Positions 43,261 through 55,914 of a stretch of DNA of 64,000 nucleotides are shown here, one piece after another (within the stretch, counting starts at the first letter, position 1; each line of letters opens with the position of its first letter). The notes below the pieces were generated by a model. It searched no databases. It saw only the letters and a program-made list of their open reading frames with translations, and was not told the origin of the DNA. The translations under genes were made by a program, and so were the position numbers. Origin of the DNA: Tetramitus jugosus (taxonomy: Eukaryota > Protista > Heterolobosea); contig OW569393.1 in assembly GCA_937625935.1 (NCBI GenBank), positions 248,001 through 312,000 on the forward strand. Reading direction: 5' to 3'.

Positions 43261-46200
43261 ATGGTATCCACAGCTGCTGCTTATCGTACTGAAACTGCAG
43301 CTTCAAGTTCCACCAACAATAACAACAATGTGACTGCTGCCATTGTCAGAAAGCCATTTATTCAAGTAGTTCAAGAATGGGCCACTACCATTGAACAAAA
43401 GCTAAAGTCAAAGATTTTTCAGAACACGACTCCAGAGCTACCAAAATTAGCTCTGTTGGAAGACGATCGAAAGTTTGAAGATTTGCTCGTTTTTATGAAC
43501 GAACAAGAAAACAAGAATGCGCAATTTTTGTTTGCCGCCAAAAATGGTAGCGACGCCGTGTCTCTACAGCTTTTTCAACACTTGATTGAAAGGCACTGTG
43601 GGGAGCGCGAAAGTGGCGCCACGAATAGCAACAACACAGAGGACCACAATGGTGTCTTGGTGGAGAAACATGGTGGTGCTAGCAATAACCATCACGGAAA
43701 GCTAAAATTCCAATGGAACAAGATTGTTGACAAGGACAATGCCAACTGTACTTTGATGCACATTTGTGCACAGAGAAATAAGCCTCAGTGCATGGATTTT
43801 TTGCTTTCTCACAAGGTTGCTATTGACTCGTTGGACTCCCTGTCTTCTACTCCTCTGCACTATGCCGTAGCTCAAAATTGTCAAGAATCAGTGGTCTTCT
43901 TGTTGTCAAAGGGTGCCAACATCAATGCAAAGGACTCTTATGCAAAGTTCCCTCTGTTGTTAGCTCTGAGACACAAGCATTATGCCATGGCTGAATTGTT
44001 GGTTTCCTTTAGACCAGATGTTCATCTCAGAGGAGCCAAAGGTAACACTGTTCTTCACTTTATGGCTGAAGAAGGTGATATCACCGCTGTAAAGTTGCTC
44101 GTCGAGAAATTAAACGCATCTCCGCTTCGGAAAAATAACGAAGAGGAGAATGTGCTTTACAATGCGCTGCCTCACGTTGAGGTTGTTCAATACTTGGCGA
44201 CTCATTTTGCTACTAGGGGATTGAGTCGTTTGATTTGCAACACGAACACCTCTGGAAAGAGCTTGATGCACAAGTGTGGTCTAGATGGTCATATCGACAA
44301 CTTGTTGCTACTGTTAAAGTATATGAACATTGGTGATTTGAGTCAGAATCAAATTGAAGCCTTACTCAACACACTGGACAAGAAGGGTGATACTCCACTA
44401 CTGTTAGCTGTCAAGAACTCTAGAAGAGAGTTGGTTAGGTTCCTCGTTGAGTGCACTGAAGTGGAGTTGAACGAAGGTGATGCCACCGGTTTCACTGCGC
44501 TTCAAAACGCGGTCAACATGTCAGACAAGGAAATGATCAACAGTATTTCAAAGGCAGGAGGCTCCCTCAAGCCAATCAATAGACATGAAGAAGCTTTCGA
44601 TAACAATTATTGTATGAATTGTACGAGAAGCATGGGTACAATGCTCGTGTTTATGCTCTCATTCATATCCATTATTTGTATTATTAGTATGGCTGCTATT
44701 TCTCTCGGATTCTACGGCTCAAACATTAGGAGACAAACAAAGACGGCAAGAGATCAATCCTTCAAGCAAGTTCATGATTTTATCGATAGTAGCATATCGC
44801 AACACACAGTGTCGTCATTGTCTGCCATTTCTGCCTTCCAAAGCAATCTCATTAACACGAATAATGACCTAAGTGGTGCACTTGAGTTTACATTGCTCAT
44901 GACGAGATCCATTTACAATGATTCGGACTTTACGATCGATGCCTACTATGGAAACAATAAGGGAGATCAAGTCGGTGTTATTGCCTTTAATCCTACTTCT
45001 CCAGTCGACGTCTTCCAATTGTTTGCCAATGAGTCAAGATTCCAACACAACTATCTTCCTAACATCTTTACAGGATCACTACAAGATGCACTGGCCACCA
45101 CACCAGAGTTCAACAATGCTTCAGAGTGGGATAAGTTTGGAATATTTTATCAAGCTGCCAATACTTCAAGAACTCCTTCTTGGACACTATCCTATGCTCA
45201 GTACTCTTTCCCTGGTGCTTTGTTCATGTCATTCATCACTCCAGTGTATGATCCAGTGACTAACGTCATGCAATCCTATTTGGGTAGTGATATCTCGACC
45301 GAAGCTTTGGCCTTTTACCTCGGAGCAAGCGCAAAAGAGTGGTCAAGTACAGTTGTTATCGTTGAGAGATCTACTGGTTTCCTCCTCAGTACAAGTGATC
45401 CTGACTTCCAGGTTTACACAAACGACGGTTCTGTGATTGAAAGAATGGACGGAACAACAGGAAGCAATGATTTGATTACAACAATGATGACTTACTCGCA
45501 TAAGACATTTGGATCAAAGATGGAAAAAGTTAACAGCGGGGCCTATGGAACATTCAGATATCAGGGTAGAGTCATGCTTTTGAACATTGGTGAATTTAAG
45601 GATAACTATGGCTTGGATTGGTTAATTTTGCAAGCTGTACCAAGAGATCTCTTCTTCAAGGATTTTAAGATTGCAATCGGAACGATGGTTGGTTTGACAT
45701 TTGTCCTTTTGATTGCAGGTGTCGTTATTTCCATTGTAGCATCCATAATGTTCATGGCACCGCTAAAGCGATTGTCAGCTCTCGCTGAAACCATCAAGCT
45801 GCTAAGATTGGAAGAAGTCGAAAGAAAGTTGGTTAGCGATGTGTCATACTTCTCTGAAATTAGAAGTTTGCAGAGATCGTTCGGATCCATGTCTCTTCGA
45901 TTGAAACAATTCAGACAATTCATTCCAGATCACATTCTTGCTGTCATTGAAACTGAAGTAGCTCACAAGGAAATTCTCAGAGTTGAAACGTTGTCTGCAT
46001 CTATCAAGAAGGGTTCATCCAAGGAGTCCTCTTTGAAGAGGGGTGAAGTCGAGTTGAATACCATCTCTGACAGTGTCTCCGATACTCGTTTCTCGTCTCA
46101 TTCTGCCAATTATCACTCCAAGGGTTTAATCGCTAATGCTTTGACTTCTGGTTTGGTGAGTGGAACTGTATCCGTGTTGACTCTAGAGTTTGATGACTTG

Positions 46201-46938
46201 TCTGAGCTTTTGGAATCTTATTCAAGCACCGATGTCAATGATGCAATGAAGGACTTGCTGAATGCCGTCAAGGATCGCATCAAGGAATCCAACGCTCAGC
46301 TCGTGTCTCACACTCACTCTCAAGCAGTGATTGCTTGGAACACTTTAATCTCTCAACCAGATCACAGAACGAGAGCCACTAAAACCGCTGCCGGTTGCCA
46401 GAAGGCTGTCTTGGCTCTGCAAGAAGTTTGGAGAATGAAGGGACTTCCTTTGCTCGATGTTCAAATTGGATTGAGTTCTGGTCCATCATTCTACGGAAAT
46501 ATTGGATCTGATGCAACCAAGATCTTCACTGTCATTGGAAGATCAGCCTCATTGTCCAGTGCTACTTGCAAGTTGAACAAGTCATGGGGAACAAGAATCA
46601 TTTGTTCTCATGATATTTATCAAGCTGTCAAGGATTCATTCTTCCTTCGTCCTCTTGATACCATTGGTGATGATACCTTGATTTATGAATTGGGAGAAGC
46701 AAGAAACACTGATGAGTGGACCCAGGAGTTGTCACAAGAAGTTTCAAGAGAAACTGATCTCTGGTTCGATTACTCGAGGGCATACAAGTTCTATGAAAAG
46801 AGAGAATACGATCAGGCATATGAAATCTTTAGTGACTACTTGAGCAAACATCCATATGATGTTGTGGCTCAGAAGATGGTTGACCGATCAAGACGAATGA
46901 CAGAGAATCAATTTGATGATGAGAGCAGCAAGCAATAA
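43261..46938 (+). CDS. Ankyrin-TM-Cache-TM-HAMP-class III cyclase-like receptor (degenerate catalytic site)
   Basis: Ankyrin repeats (TPLHYAV, GNTVLH, GDTPLLLAV), two TM helices, PSWT..Y Cache motif, PLKRLS HAMP, IGLSSG..GNIGS..FTVIG. Confidence 0.85.
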   Translation: MVSTAAAYRTETAASSSTNNNNNVTAAIVRKPFIQVVQEWATTIEQKLKSKIFQNTTPELPKLALLEDDRKFEDLLVFMNEQENKNAQFLFAAKNGSDAVSLQLFQHLIERHCGERESGATNSNNTEDHNGVLVEKHGGASNNHHGKLKFQWNKIVDKDNANCTLMHICAQRNKPQCMDFLLSHKVAIDSLDSLSSTPLHYAVAQNCQESVVFLLSKGANINAKDSYAKFPLLLALRHKHYAMAELLVSFRPDVHLRGAKGNTVLHFMAEEGDITAVKLLVEKLNASPLRKNNEEENVLYNALPHVEVVQYLATHFATRGLSRLICNTNTSGKSLMHKCGLDGHIDNLLLLLKYMNIGDLSQNQIEALLNTLDKKGDTPLLLAVKNSRRELVRFLVECTEVELNEGDATGFTALQNAVNMSDKEMINSISKAGGSLKPINRHEEAFDNNYCMNCTRSMGTMLVFMLSFISIICIISMAAISLGFYGSNIRRQTKTARDQSFKQVHDFIDSSISQHTVSSLSAISAFQSNLINTNNDLSGALEFTLLMTRSIYNDSDFTIDAYYGNNKGDQVGVIAFNPTSPVDVFQLFANESRFQHNYLPNIFTGSLQDALATTPEFNNASEWDKFGIFYQAANTSRTPSWTLSYAQYSFPGALFMSFITPVYDPVTNVMQSYLGSDISTEALAFYLGASAKEWSSTVVIVERSTGFLLSTSDPDFQVYTNDGSVIERMDGTTGSNDLITTMMTYSHKTFGSKMEKVNSGAYGTFRYQGRVMLLNIGEFKDNYGLDWLILQAVPRDLFFKDFKIAIGTMVGLTFVLLIAGVVISIVASIMFMAPLKRLSALAETIKLLRLEEVERKLVSDVSYFSEIRSLQRSFGSMSLRLKQFRQFIPDHILAVIETEVAHKEILRVETLSASIKKGSSKESSLKRGEVELNTISDSVSDTRFSSHSANYHSKGLIANALTSGLVSGTVSVLTLEFDDLSELLESYSSTDVNDAMKDLLNAVKDRIKESNAQLVSHTHSQAVIAWNTLISQPDHRTRATKTAAGCQKAVLALQEVWRMKGLPLLDVQIGLSSGPSFYGNIGSDATKIFTVIGRSASLSSATCKLNKSWGTRIICSHDIYQAVKDSFFLRPLDTIGDDTLIYELGEARNTDEWTQELSQEVSRETDLWFDYSRAYKFYEKREYDQAYEIFSDYLSKHPYDVVAQKMVDRSRRMTENQFDDESSKQ

Positions 46939-47010
46939 TCAGAAATAAATGAGTAATCGATGCATTCATTGTTATTTAGTTCTTCAATTTAGTGATTCCT
47001 TTTTGATGGG

Positions 47011-48907
47011 TCAATCGATTTGATACTTTGGCATCGGGAGTAGGTAAATCTCTTTTGCATTCAATCGGATGTTTACTTTAAGGTCCTGAAGCTCTTCTTG
47101 CACAAGGGAGGATTCTATCCAGAACAACGGTTTCTTCACCCTTGAACTGATCCTCAAATCATCACGATTCAACATCTGTTCCTTAACCTCTATATTCTCG
47201 ATTATGGCCATTCTCATTTGTTCCACTGTGGTGGATGGCTTGATAGGATGGTGGTATCGACGAGGTTGGCTCAGTTTTCCATCTCTCGCACAAACGTAAA
47301 AAAGTAAGTCAACTTCACCACTGTCTTCGTCGTCAGATATCAGAATGGGAGCATTATCGACCTGATCGGTTGACTCCAGAACATCGGTTTGGTTGTCTTG
47401 GAACGAAAACTCATTGTGTGATAGATTCTCTATCTCTTGGTCAACAGATTGTTGCATGTTCTCGTTGATTTGATCCTTTAACTCATTCAATTGGTTCTTT
47501 GTCTGGGCACATGTAGGGTCTATCTCCAATAATTCCTCACACGCTTCGACTGCTTCATCGAGTTTCTTCAAAGTTGTGAATATGGTAATGAGAGAACGAT
47601 AAATGCTGACTTGTTCTTCGTTGTGTTCACCAGGAGAGCATAAATCAAGTGCCTTGTTCAAGAATTCAATAGCTTTCTCATTCTTGTTCATTGAGGATTT
47701 AATCTTGGCCGCAAGCATGAAATCCTTGATAGAGTAATTCGTTTCATCTTCATCTACTGAAGAACTAATTGACTTATCCAAGTAAGTGTCGGCCTTTTCT
47801 AACTCTTCCTTACTGAAGAAAGTGGCCGCAAGGTTCCAATAGAGAGTTTCATTAAGGTCCTCATCATCAACAATATTCTCTGACCTTTTATCATAGGTTG
47901 TAAGAGCTTTAGAGCTGTTTCCACTCAGAAGGTAACAAAGAGTCAAAACCTTATTGGCTCTATAGTAGTACACTGTTCTCGGATGATCATCCTTGTGTCT
48001 TCCCTTGCCAATACCTTTCAAGTACAGTTGGGCTTCCTCGTAACGCTCCAATCTAAAGAGTGCATGACCCCTAGAAAATGAATCACGCGATTCACTTAAA
48101 TAGGCCCACGCATTCTGATCCCCCTGAGTTTTACGGAGACATTCAGCCATGTTTTTTTCTACCTCACGATGTATTCTTTTGCTATCTTTAATGACCTTTC
48201 CATAGCAATGGATTGCTTTTCCATACTCTGAGAGCTCATAATAAACATCTCCTAACATCTTTTGAGCTTCAGAAAGGAAATCAACTCCGTATGAGAGAGT
48301 GTTTTGGAAGTACAGTGTCCCAAGCGAACCCAGAGTTAATTCGTCTGCAATGTACACACCCTCTGATTCATTGCTAAGAATTTCTTCCAGAATCTGTTTG
48401 GATTGTTCATACTTTGTCTCCCCAAGGTTCTTTCCCTCCACAAACATGTAGCAACAGGCGAGATGGTAAAGTGAACACCAATTCCTGCCTTTCTTTGGCT
48501 TCTGGATGCCTAAACGAGAAGCATTATGCTTCAATGACTGTTTAAAATTAGTTTTGGCTGTTTTATAATGATTGACATACTGTTCTTCATTATTTTCACA
48601 AGTTATCTTCATCAACTCTTCGTAACAAATGCCCATGTTATTGTAGATATCTTCTGTGTTCCAAGAGTTGGGCTTCTTGGATTTCTGCTCCTTTTCCAAA
48701 CAGAGAGAAAAAGTTTTCGCAGCTTCCTGGTACTCCCGTCTTTTGAATAGGGAAAGACCCTTGTTGTACAATTGGAGAGCGCTTCTTTCTCTTGGACTGG
48801 GAGAGGAAATTTGGCTACGAGGTCTCTACAAAAAGGCCGTCTTCGTGAGTACGTACTGAGTGACATCCTTAAAAAACATGGGTTACCTTCTGGGATTTTG
48901 TGATCAT
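47011..48907 (-). CDS. TPR protein with possible ubiquitin-like C-terminal domain; exons 48907-48887 and 48825-47011
   Basis: Multiple TPRs. A phase-0 61-nt intron supplies the ATG, in the same position as in paralog 53850-55682. Confidence 0.75.
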
Positions 48908-49199
48908 TACTTAGGTTCGTTAAATAGTCTATCTCAAATTTATGTTGTTGTTTGTTGCGAAAATGTGGATTGGGTTTTTGTAGATCGGAGTAAATGTTCG
49001 TTACCAGAATTCAATAAACCAACATTCTGTGAGAGGGAATTATGACCCCTCAGTTCTTGCCAAGCTGTGAGATAAAATTCATGGAAGTAGAATGGCAGGC
49101 AACAAATTTAGAAAAAACTTGCGCTGTTCGATGTGCTGTGATACAATTTTGAGTTCAACTGAGTCTTCTATCTAGTGAGAGCTAGGACCACTCACGCTT

Positions 49200-49998
49200 A
49201 GATGGATCATTCAGTAAAACTCTGTCCAACAACAAACAAGCTACAAACAACATAAGATGGGAATAAGAAAGAGTACTGTTTACAATTGTTCATCCAACAA
49301 GAATAGGAAAGTTAGGGACATACATGCCCCAGAAAAAGAAGCATCGCAACGATGGGTGCGGTCGGTGTGCTCACAATGGACACTAGTGTGCTACTGTACC
49401 TTTCAATGATACGAGTGCTCCAGTAATACACTAACATATAACTCATGACATACATGACAGTATACACCCCAAATCACTTGTTTTTACAATGTTGACCAAT
49501 ACCGAACCAACATTGTGACCCAAATGTAAAGTGAGTTTGTAAATCACCCCATTTCTCAAGTGTCATCCCCGTGCCTGGGACAAAGTTCCAAGGGAGGAAT
49601 AAAATGTTTGCCAGTAGTTGGTAAGTACTCTGCCAGAACAGTAAATGAAAACGATCAACTTGCATGTTCTGAGTGAACTTTTCTTGTCCAACATTGAGGA
49701 AGGCACCAGGTACCTTACCCAGGAAAAAAATCAGAGGGCAACCTGATTGGGCAATGTTCTTGGGATTCTTAGCCATGCAGGCAAAGCGTGAATAGATGGA
49801 GGAGACGACATAGCATCCACCATAAACAAGCACGAATGCACACGAGCAGCTCACCAGAATAAAGTAGGGAACAACTGGACAGGCATCGGTCATCAACTTG
49901 AAGAAGATAACCTGGATAACCTCAAGTGCAATAGTTGCAAGTATCAACAACGCAAATGGAAGTGCTTGGAGGATTGAATCTCTTCGTAGATAGTGCAT
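49200..49998 (-). pseudogene. CRT-like (chloroquine-resistance-transporter family) membrane transporter, disrupted
   Basis: IFFKL, VPGAFLNVGQEK, LLFWQSTYQ and GSQCWFG, continuing past a stop as IIERYSSTLVSIV. Appears internally deleted. Confidence 0.55.
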
Positions 49999-51435
49999 TA
50001 GGTAGTTAGTACTTTGGTTTTCGTTCTCTTATACTATCCTAAAATTTCGTTCATAAACGATGTGAGGACAATGCATACTGGGGGGTTTTGTTCCATGTTA
50101 GAATTAGAGGAGATGTCACACACATATCATCTTGACAGATTAGGTGACCTCAGGTTTTGCCCATGCATGAACACTTTCGGGCCTTGGTTCGCGGAAAACA
50201 AGTGTACCATTAGTTACTCGGTATCAACGTGATTTGTGACTCTCAAGGTCATCTTCGAACAAGCAAGGTTCCTAGCAATGAACTGTGTATTTGCAATCGA
50301 AAGTCTGGATATTTCAAAGGCATTAAGTCTTTCCAAAGAACAAGTCATGGATACTGTTCCAGCTGTTAACATACATAATTAATCGTAGATGGCCCTCTAC
50401 AACAAAGGAATTACTTTTTGGTTATGTACTCCGAATGATCTGTTAGAAATTTTACTTGATGCCTTTACGGCAAGAAGTGATTTGGCTGAATTGAATCAAA
50501 GTAATGTAACCCAGTTGAAAAGGTGAAAAACAACATGGAAAAACACATTTCAGAATGACTGCTTGATGGACTTGAGCTGACACGTAAATTCAATGTTGCT
50601 CTTGCATGTTTTGATAGTGCTTCAAAATGTCACTTCTCTGTTCAATAACTGGAGCAGCACTGGAACTTCAAAGTCAATGACACGTGCAACTACAGATCGA
50701 TTCTGGTTGCCACGACTCAAGACTGCGCCTTCATGCGCGGTACACTAGTGTTGGCACTGCCCAAGCTTCGCGTTAAAAGCTCGAATGAGGAGGAAACCCT
50801 GCATGATTAGTTGGGCTGACAAGAAGGCCACCTACTCTGCTCCGTTTCACTTGTATGTGACGGATGTAGTGATCAGAGGGGACATACTCTTGCAGAATAC
50901 TCTGAAGAGTGACCATGCAAGAATCTTTGCCCAGCATTGATCTCCTTTCCGAGTCTGCTACTTTCGTTGTCATCTCTTGTCAGGAACGACGGTGGGTCCA
51001 TCAACATGACATACCCTTCAACAGTTACGTAACCCAACACACCAGTAGCCTCAGAGAGCACGACAAGCTATTGAACAATGGACAAACGGTGATCATCACA
51101 GACGACCAACAAGCTCGAACTGAAATTGATCTTACCAACTCCACCTTCCCAGGCCATTTGGTTGACCACCCAGTCCTTCAGTTATTTGTTGCCGTTCACT
51201 CTGAATACATCCAGCAGCTCATTCAGTTCGCTTTTCTTGGTTGGGTTGGTGTGTTCATGCAAGACATTCAGCTGGTCCCTTTTCGTCGGAGTTGAGCAAT
51301 TGGAAAGTTCATGTCACATTTATTAATAAAAAAGGTAAAGTTGTCTCAATGTGGAAGAGGTCCGTTATACCCTTAGTTAATGTGAATCCGATTTTAAACT
51401 TGTGAAACAGAAAACTCTGGACAACAGAACAACTG

Positions 51436-53616
51436 ATGGAAGATCAGGGACGAAAGACCTTTCAGGTCAATTCTTCATCAAAGCAACCAAACAACAGATG
51501 CTGTTTGGCATTTAAGCATTTGTGGTCCTTTCAAATGCTCGTCACATTACTCATTTTTCTGGTTGTTGCAATGACTGCTGTGAGTATCTGGCCCTCGAAC
51601 TACGCATTTTCAGCGAAGGGTGTTCGTCAAATCGCTCTCATCGCCCAGAAAAATTTGATTGATCGGACAATTTCCGAAGTTTCGGAACAACTGAACAGTG
51701 TGGCTCAATGTTTGAACGTTACGCGGACGTCGTATGAAATACAAGAAAGAATGGGCCACTCAGTTCCTTCCTTGTCTGAAAATGCCAGTTTAGCGACCAT
51801 GTCCGTCTTCAAGCACACCTCCCTTGCTTCGACAGTGGAGCTTGGTCTATCAGATGGCACTTTGCTCGGCATATCTCGTCAGAGCACTGTTGACATGTTT
51901 ACAACTGACGGAAAAGGAACTCTGGTGTACAACCAATTTAACCTGGACACTCTGACAATAGGACCACACCTGTTCAACATTACTGACTTTTTTATTGAGA
52001 AGCGACCGTGGTATCGCTTAGCCGTGGATAACAATCGAACCATATGGTCTCCAACGTTTCAATCTGCGGATTCCCCTCCCAACTTCATTATGACCCTCAG
52101 CTTACCCTATTATTCACTCGTGAGCGGACAATTCGTCGGTGTCATTGCTATCGAAGTTGACTTGAATGTTTTTTCAAGCTATGTGAGGTCTCTACCGTCT
52201 CTCAATAAGACGCGAGTGTTGTTGTTAGGGAGAGATGGTTCTCTGATTGCTGCTTCTGCAGGCAACTTTTACACGATTGTGAACCAAACAAACGTCATTA
52301 GAAATCCTGGTAGCCAAAGCTCCGATTCTGTGATTCGAGAAACAATAGGTCAAGTTTTCTGTAGAAACTTGACAAATCAGGCACATCCGAACCTAGTCGC
52401 GTTCACCTACAAGGGAACAACTGGAAAACGAGTAGTCTCTCTGCAAGATATTGTAGATCCGTATGGTATCGAATGGATGGTGGTAGTAAACGTTGCGAAC
52501 AGTGATATTGTGGGGTCTGTTATTGAAGCCAACAAGATCAATGCCATCATTTGTAGTGTATGTCTCATTATATCCGCTGTTTTTGCCACTGCTATTAGCA
52601 GTCTGCTGTTTCGGCCATTGCGGAGAGTGTGTCGAGAGATGGACTTGGTGGCCGATATGGATTTTAGGAGTAAATCGGCCATTCATACTTACAAATTGTT
52701 CGAGTTGAGTGAACTCCGGAGTGCGCTCAGTCGAATGAAACATGGACTCAGGAACTTTGAAAAATATGTTCCCTCCGATGTTGTTAAGACAATTGTAAGA
52801 TCGAGAGAGGAGAACAATCTAGGAGTGGTCTCCAGATCTCTAACGGTCATGTTTACAGATATCAAGGATTTTACTTCTGTTGCCGAGAGAATGGATCCCA
52901 ATGATCTGATACACCTCATGAGCGATTTTTTCTCCAACATGTCCAAAATCGTTATGGATCATCAAGGGGTCGTGGACAAATATATCGGAGATGCCATAAT
53001 GGCTCTATGGAATGCACCGACTAGTGTTCTCAATCATGAAATCTGTGCGGTGACTGCTGCAGTCGAAATGAAATTTAAATTGAAAATACTCAATGAAACA
53101 TGGGTCCAGAGAAATCTTCCAGCAATATCAATGCGCGTAGGAATAAACTCTGGTGAATGTTTAGTTGGAAACGTAGGTAGCGAACAACGAATGAATTACA
53201 CGGTTCTAGGTGACAATGTCAATATCGCCTCTCGTTGCGAAACACTCAACAAGAGATATGGAACAGACATTATGATTACTGAGAATACCTACAATGCGCT
53301 GAATGGACAATTTCTTTGTCGATGGCTGGCCTATGTCAGCCTCAAAGGCAAGTCACTTCCCATACATGTGTATGAAGTGATATGTGCAGAGACGAACGCA
53401 ACGGATGAACAACGTGAGTTGTGCAAGTTACATAACGATCTTAAGAGTGCAATTAGTGATGGAGACAAAACTACGACGAGGAACTTGTGTCGTCAACTCT
53501 TTGAAATTGATGAAACCAATGTTTCAGCCAAAGAAGTGTTGGATGTGGTGATAGCGAGTAATGGAGACATGAATTTGAATATAGAGACAGTTATCGTTCA
53601 CTTGCAGGAAAAGTAA
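51436..53616 (+). CDS. TM-Cache-TM-HAMP class III adenylate cyclase
   Basis: FTDIKDFT, DKYIGDA and NYTVLGDNVNIASR: both metal Asp, the ATP-specifying Lys/Thr and the Asn/Arg pair are intact. Confidence 0.92.
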   Translation: MEDQGRKTFQVNSSSKQPNNRCCLAFKHLWSFQMLVTLLIFLVVAMTAVSIWPSNYAFSAKGVRQIALIAQKNLIDRTISEVSEQLNSVAQCLNVTRTSYEIQERMGHSVPSLSENASLATMSVFKHTSLASTVELGLSDGTLLGISRQSTVDMFTTDGKGTLVYNQFNLDTLTIGPHLFNITDFFIEKRPWYRLAVDNNRTIWSPTFQSADSPPNFIMTLSLPYYSLVSGQFVGVIAIEVDLNVFSSYVRSLPSLNKTRVLLLGRDGSLIAASAGNFYTIVNQTNVIRNPGSQSSDSVIRETIGQVFCRNLTNQAHPNLVAFTYKGTTGKRVVSLQDIVDPYGIEWMVVVNVANSDIVGSVIEANKINAIICSVCLIISAVFATAISSLLFRPLRRVCREMDLVADMDFRSKSAIHTYKLFELSELRSALSRMKHGLRNFEKYVPSDVVKTIVRSREENNLGVVSRSLTVMFTDIKDFTSVAERMDPNDLIHLMSDFFSNMSKIVMDHQGVVDKYIGDAIMALWNAPTSVLNHEICAVTAAVEMKFKLKILNETWVQRNLPAISMRVGINSGECLVGNVGSEQRMNYTVLGDNVNIASRCETLNKRYGTDIMITENTYNALNGQFLCRWLAYVSLKGKSLPIHVYEVICAETNATDEQRELCKLHNDLKSAISDGDKTTTRNLCRQLFEIDETNVSAKEVLDVVIASNGDMNLNIETVIVHLQEK

Positions 53617-53849
53617 AACGAGAGCCCCGAAAGGCTCTCTGTTGTTTTCATATTCCTGAACCTTACTGCCTACGACCACCCGTAATCGTAGGCAATTTTA
53701 GGCACCAAAGTATCGACACCTATCGGGTTAATTTTGTTGGTGAAGAACCAACAGCGTGAGTTGATGTCAAGTGTGTTTTTATCTAGTAACGGCAGATTCA
53801 AAGGATCTCGATAAAGCTTTATAAACTCAAGGACAAGCGAGAGCGAAAT

Positions 53850-55682
53850 TCAATTGATTTGATACTTCAGTTTTGGGAATAAGTATATCTCTCTTGCTTT
53901 CAACTTGTCATTTACCTTGAGTCTCACAATTTCGTCATGAACAAGCGTTTCATCGCTCCAGAACACTGGTTTGAGTACTCTAGGACTTATCCTGAACTGT
54001 TCAAGATTTAGTTGCTTTGCGTCCAAATCGTCCAAAATGTTCCTTCTCATGTCTTCAAATGTGGTTGAGGACTTGATGACATGTTGGTATCTGAATGGAT
54101 TGCTCAGCTTACCGTTCGACTTACAAACATAAAAAACAACATCCATGTCATCATCACTCTCTCTTTCTAACTCCAAAACAAAAGTTGGAGATTGAGGAGG
54201 CTCCTCTTGATAGGTGGGCTTCTTCTTCATTGGTGTTTCTTTTCTGGATAGGCTTGACTTGCTCTTCTTAAGTTGATTCTCAAGAAGCTTCTTTTCCTTC
54301 TTTGTTTCTGAGCAGGAAGGTTTTAACTTCAGCAATTCCTTGCAAGTATTGACAGCCTCGTTGAGTTTCTGAGTATTTGTAAATATTGTGATGAGGGAAC
54401 GATAAATATTCTCTTGGTCCTTTTTGTGCTTCTTCTGGGTGCATAGAGCGAGTGCCTTGTTTAAGAATTCAATGGCTTCTTCGTTCTTTTCGACTGAAGA
54501 CTTGATATCAGCTGAAACTATGTAATCTTGAATGGTAAAATCAGACCTGTCATTCCCATAACAACTGAGAGACATATCCAAGTACTTGTTTGCTTCTTCG
54601 TGCTGTTCGTCGTTGGCGTTGGAAACCGCAATATTCCAATAGAGGATACCATTGAGATGTCCATCATATTCAACCTTCTCAGATCTTGCATCATAAACCT
54701 TCAAGGCTCTCGAGTTGTCCTGAGTCATGAAGTAGCAAAGAGTCAACAACTTGTTTGCTTTATAGTAGTATACCGTTTTTGGATGATCTTCTTTATGTCT
54801 ACCCTTGTCGATATGTCTCAAGTCTTTCTTTGCTTCTTCGTAGTTCTCCAGCTGAAAATGGGCGAATCCTCGAGTGTAACAATCGCTTGACTTTGTTAAA
54901 TAAGTCCAAGAGTCTTGTTCTCCTTGGGAGTTCTTCAAACAGTTTGCTATCTTTTGTTCTACCTCTTGTTTGAATTCTCCACCCACGATCTTCAAGATTT
55001 TGCCATAACTATGAATTGCTTTCCCAAAATCTGAGGTCTCTGCATAAATATCACCCAACATCTTGCGTGTCTCGATCATAACATCGATTGACCTTGAAAC
55101 TGTTTTCTCCAAGTTCTGTTTTCCCACCGAATCCATAGTGAGTTCATCGGTGACATACAAACCTTCCGATTCATTTCTTTCAATTTCTTCGAGATATTTC
55201 AAAGATTGTTGATATTTAGGTTCAGCATCTTTTCCTTCGACAAATTTGTAACAACTTGCTAGATGGTACAGTGAGCAGCAATTTCTTCCCTTTTTGACCT
55301 TCAAACGAGAAGCATTGAGTTTCAATGCTCTTTCAAAGTAACTCTTTGCAGTTTTGAAGTGTTGGAGATAATTCCTCTCATCATTTTCGAAAGCTACCTC
55401 CATCAACTCCTGGTAGCATATACCAATGTTATTTACAATGTCTTCTGGATTCCAAGAGTTGGTGACCTTGGCTTTCTTCTCTTTTTCCAAACAGCGAGTG
55501 AAAGTGTCAGCAGCTTCTTGATATTCTCTCTTGTTGAAAAGAGTGAATCCCTTGTTGAACAATTGGAGAGCACTTGGTTCTCTCTTAGGACTTGGTTTTG
55601 GTTCACGATCTCGCTGGCAGATTGACAAGTCAGATCAAACTTCCTCTCAAAACATATTGTGCACACTTACCTTCAATGGCAT
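53850..55682 (-). CDS. TPR protein, paralog of 47011-48907; exons 55682-55671 and 55613-53850
   Basis: Collinear similarity (NSWN.EDI.NN.GICY, KGRHK.DHP.TVYYY, EIYL.P..KYQI). 57-nt GTAAGT...CAG intron. Confidence 0.78.
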
Positions 55683-55914
55683 CGCTTCTCGATTTTTTGA
55701 TGTGGTTTGTTTTAATCTTGAGGGAAGAAATTTTGTAATCCACATTCCTTTTTTAAATTATCCATTGACATGTGACACTGGGCTTTACTTTTTCCGACAA
55801 TTTTCTCGACCGAAATGGAAGAGAGGGAAGTTGTAACGCTGTTCTCCGTAATTTTTTGATGTTAGAAAGTTGATCCTTCCCAAAAACCAACAAAAAACAA
55901 CACAACAAGACAGA

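Noticed and set aside
50250-51330. Possible decayed gene
   Set aside because: Coding-like composition, but no family could be recognised.
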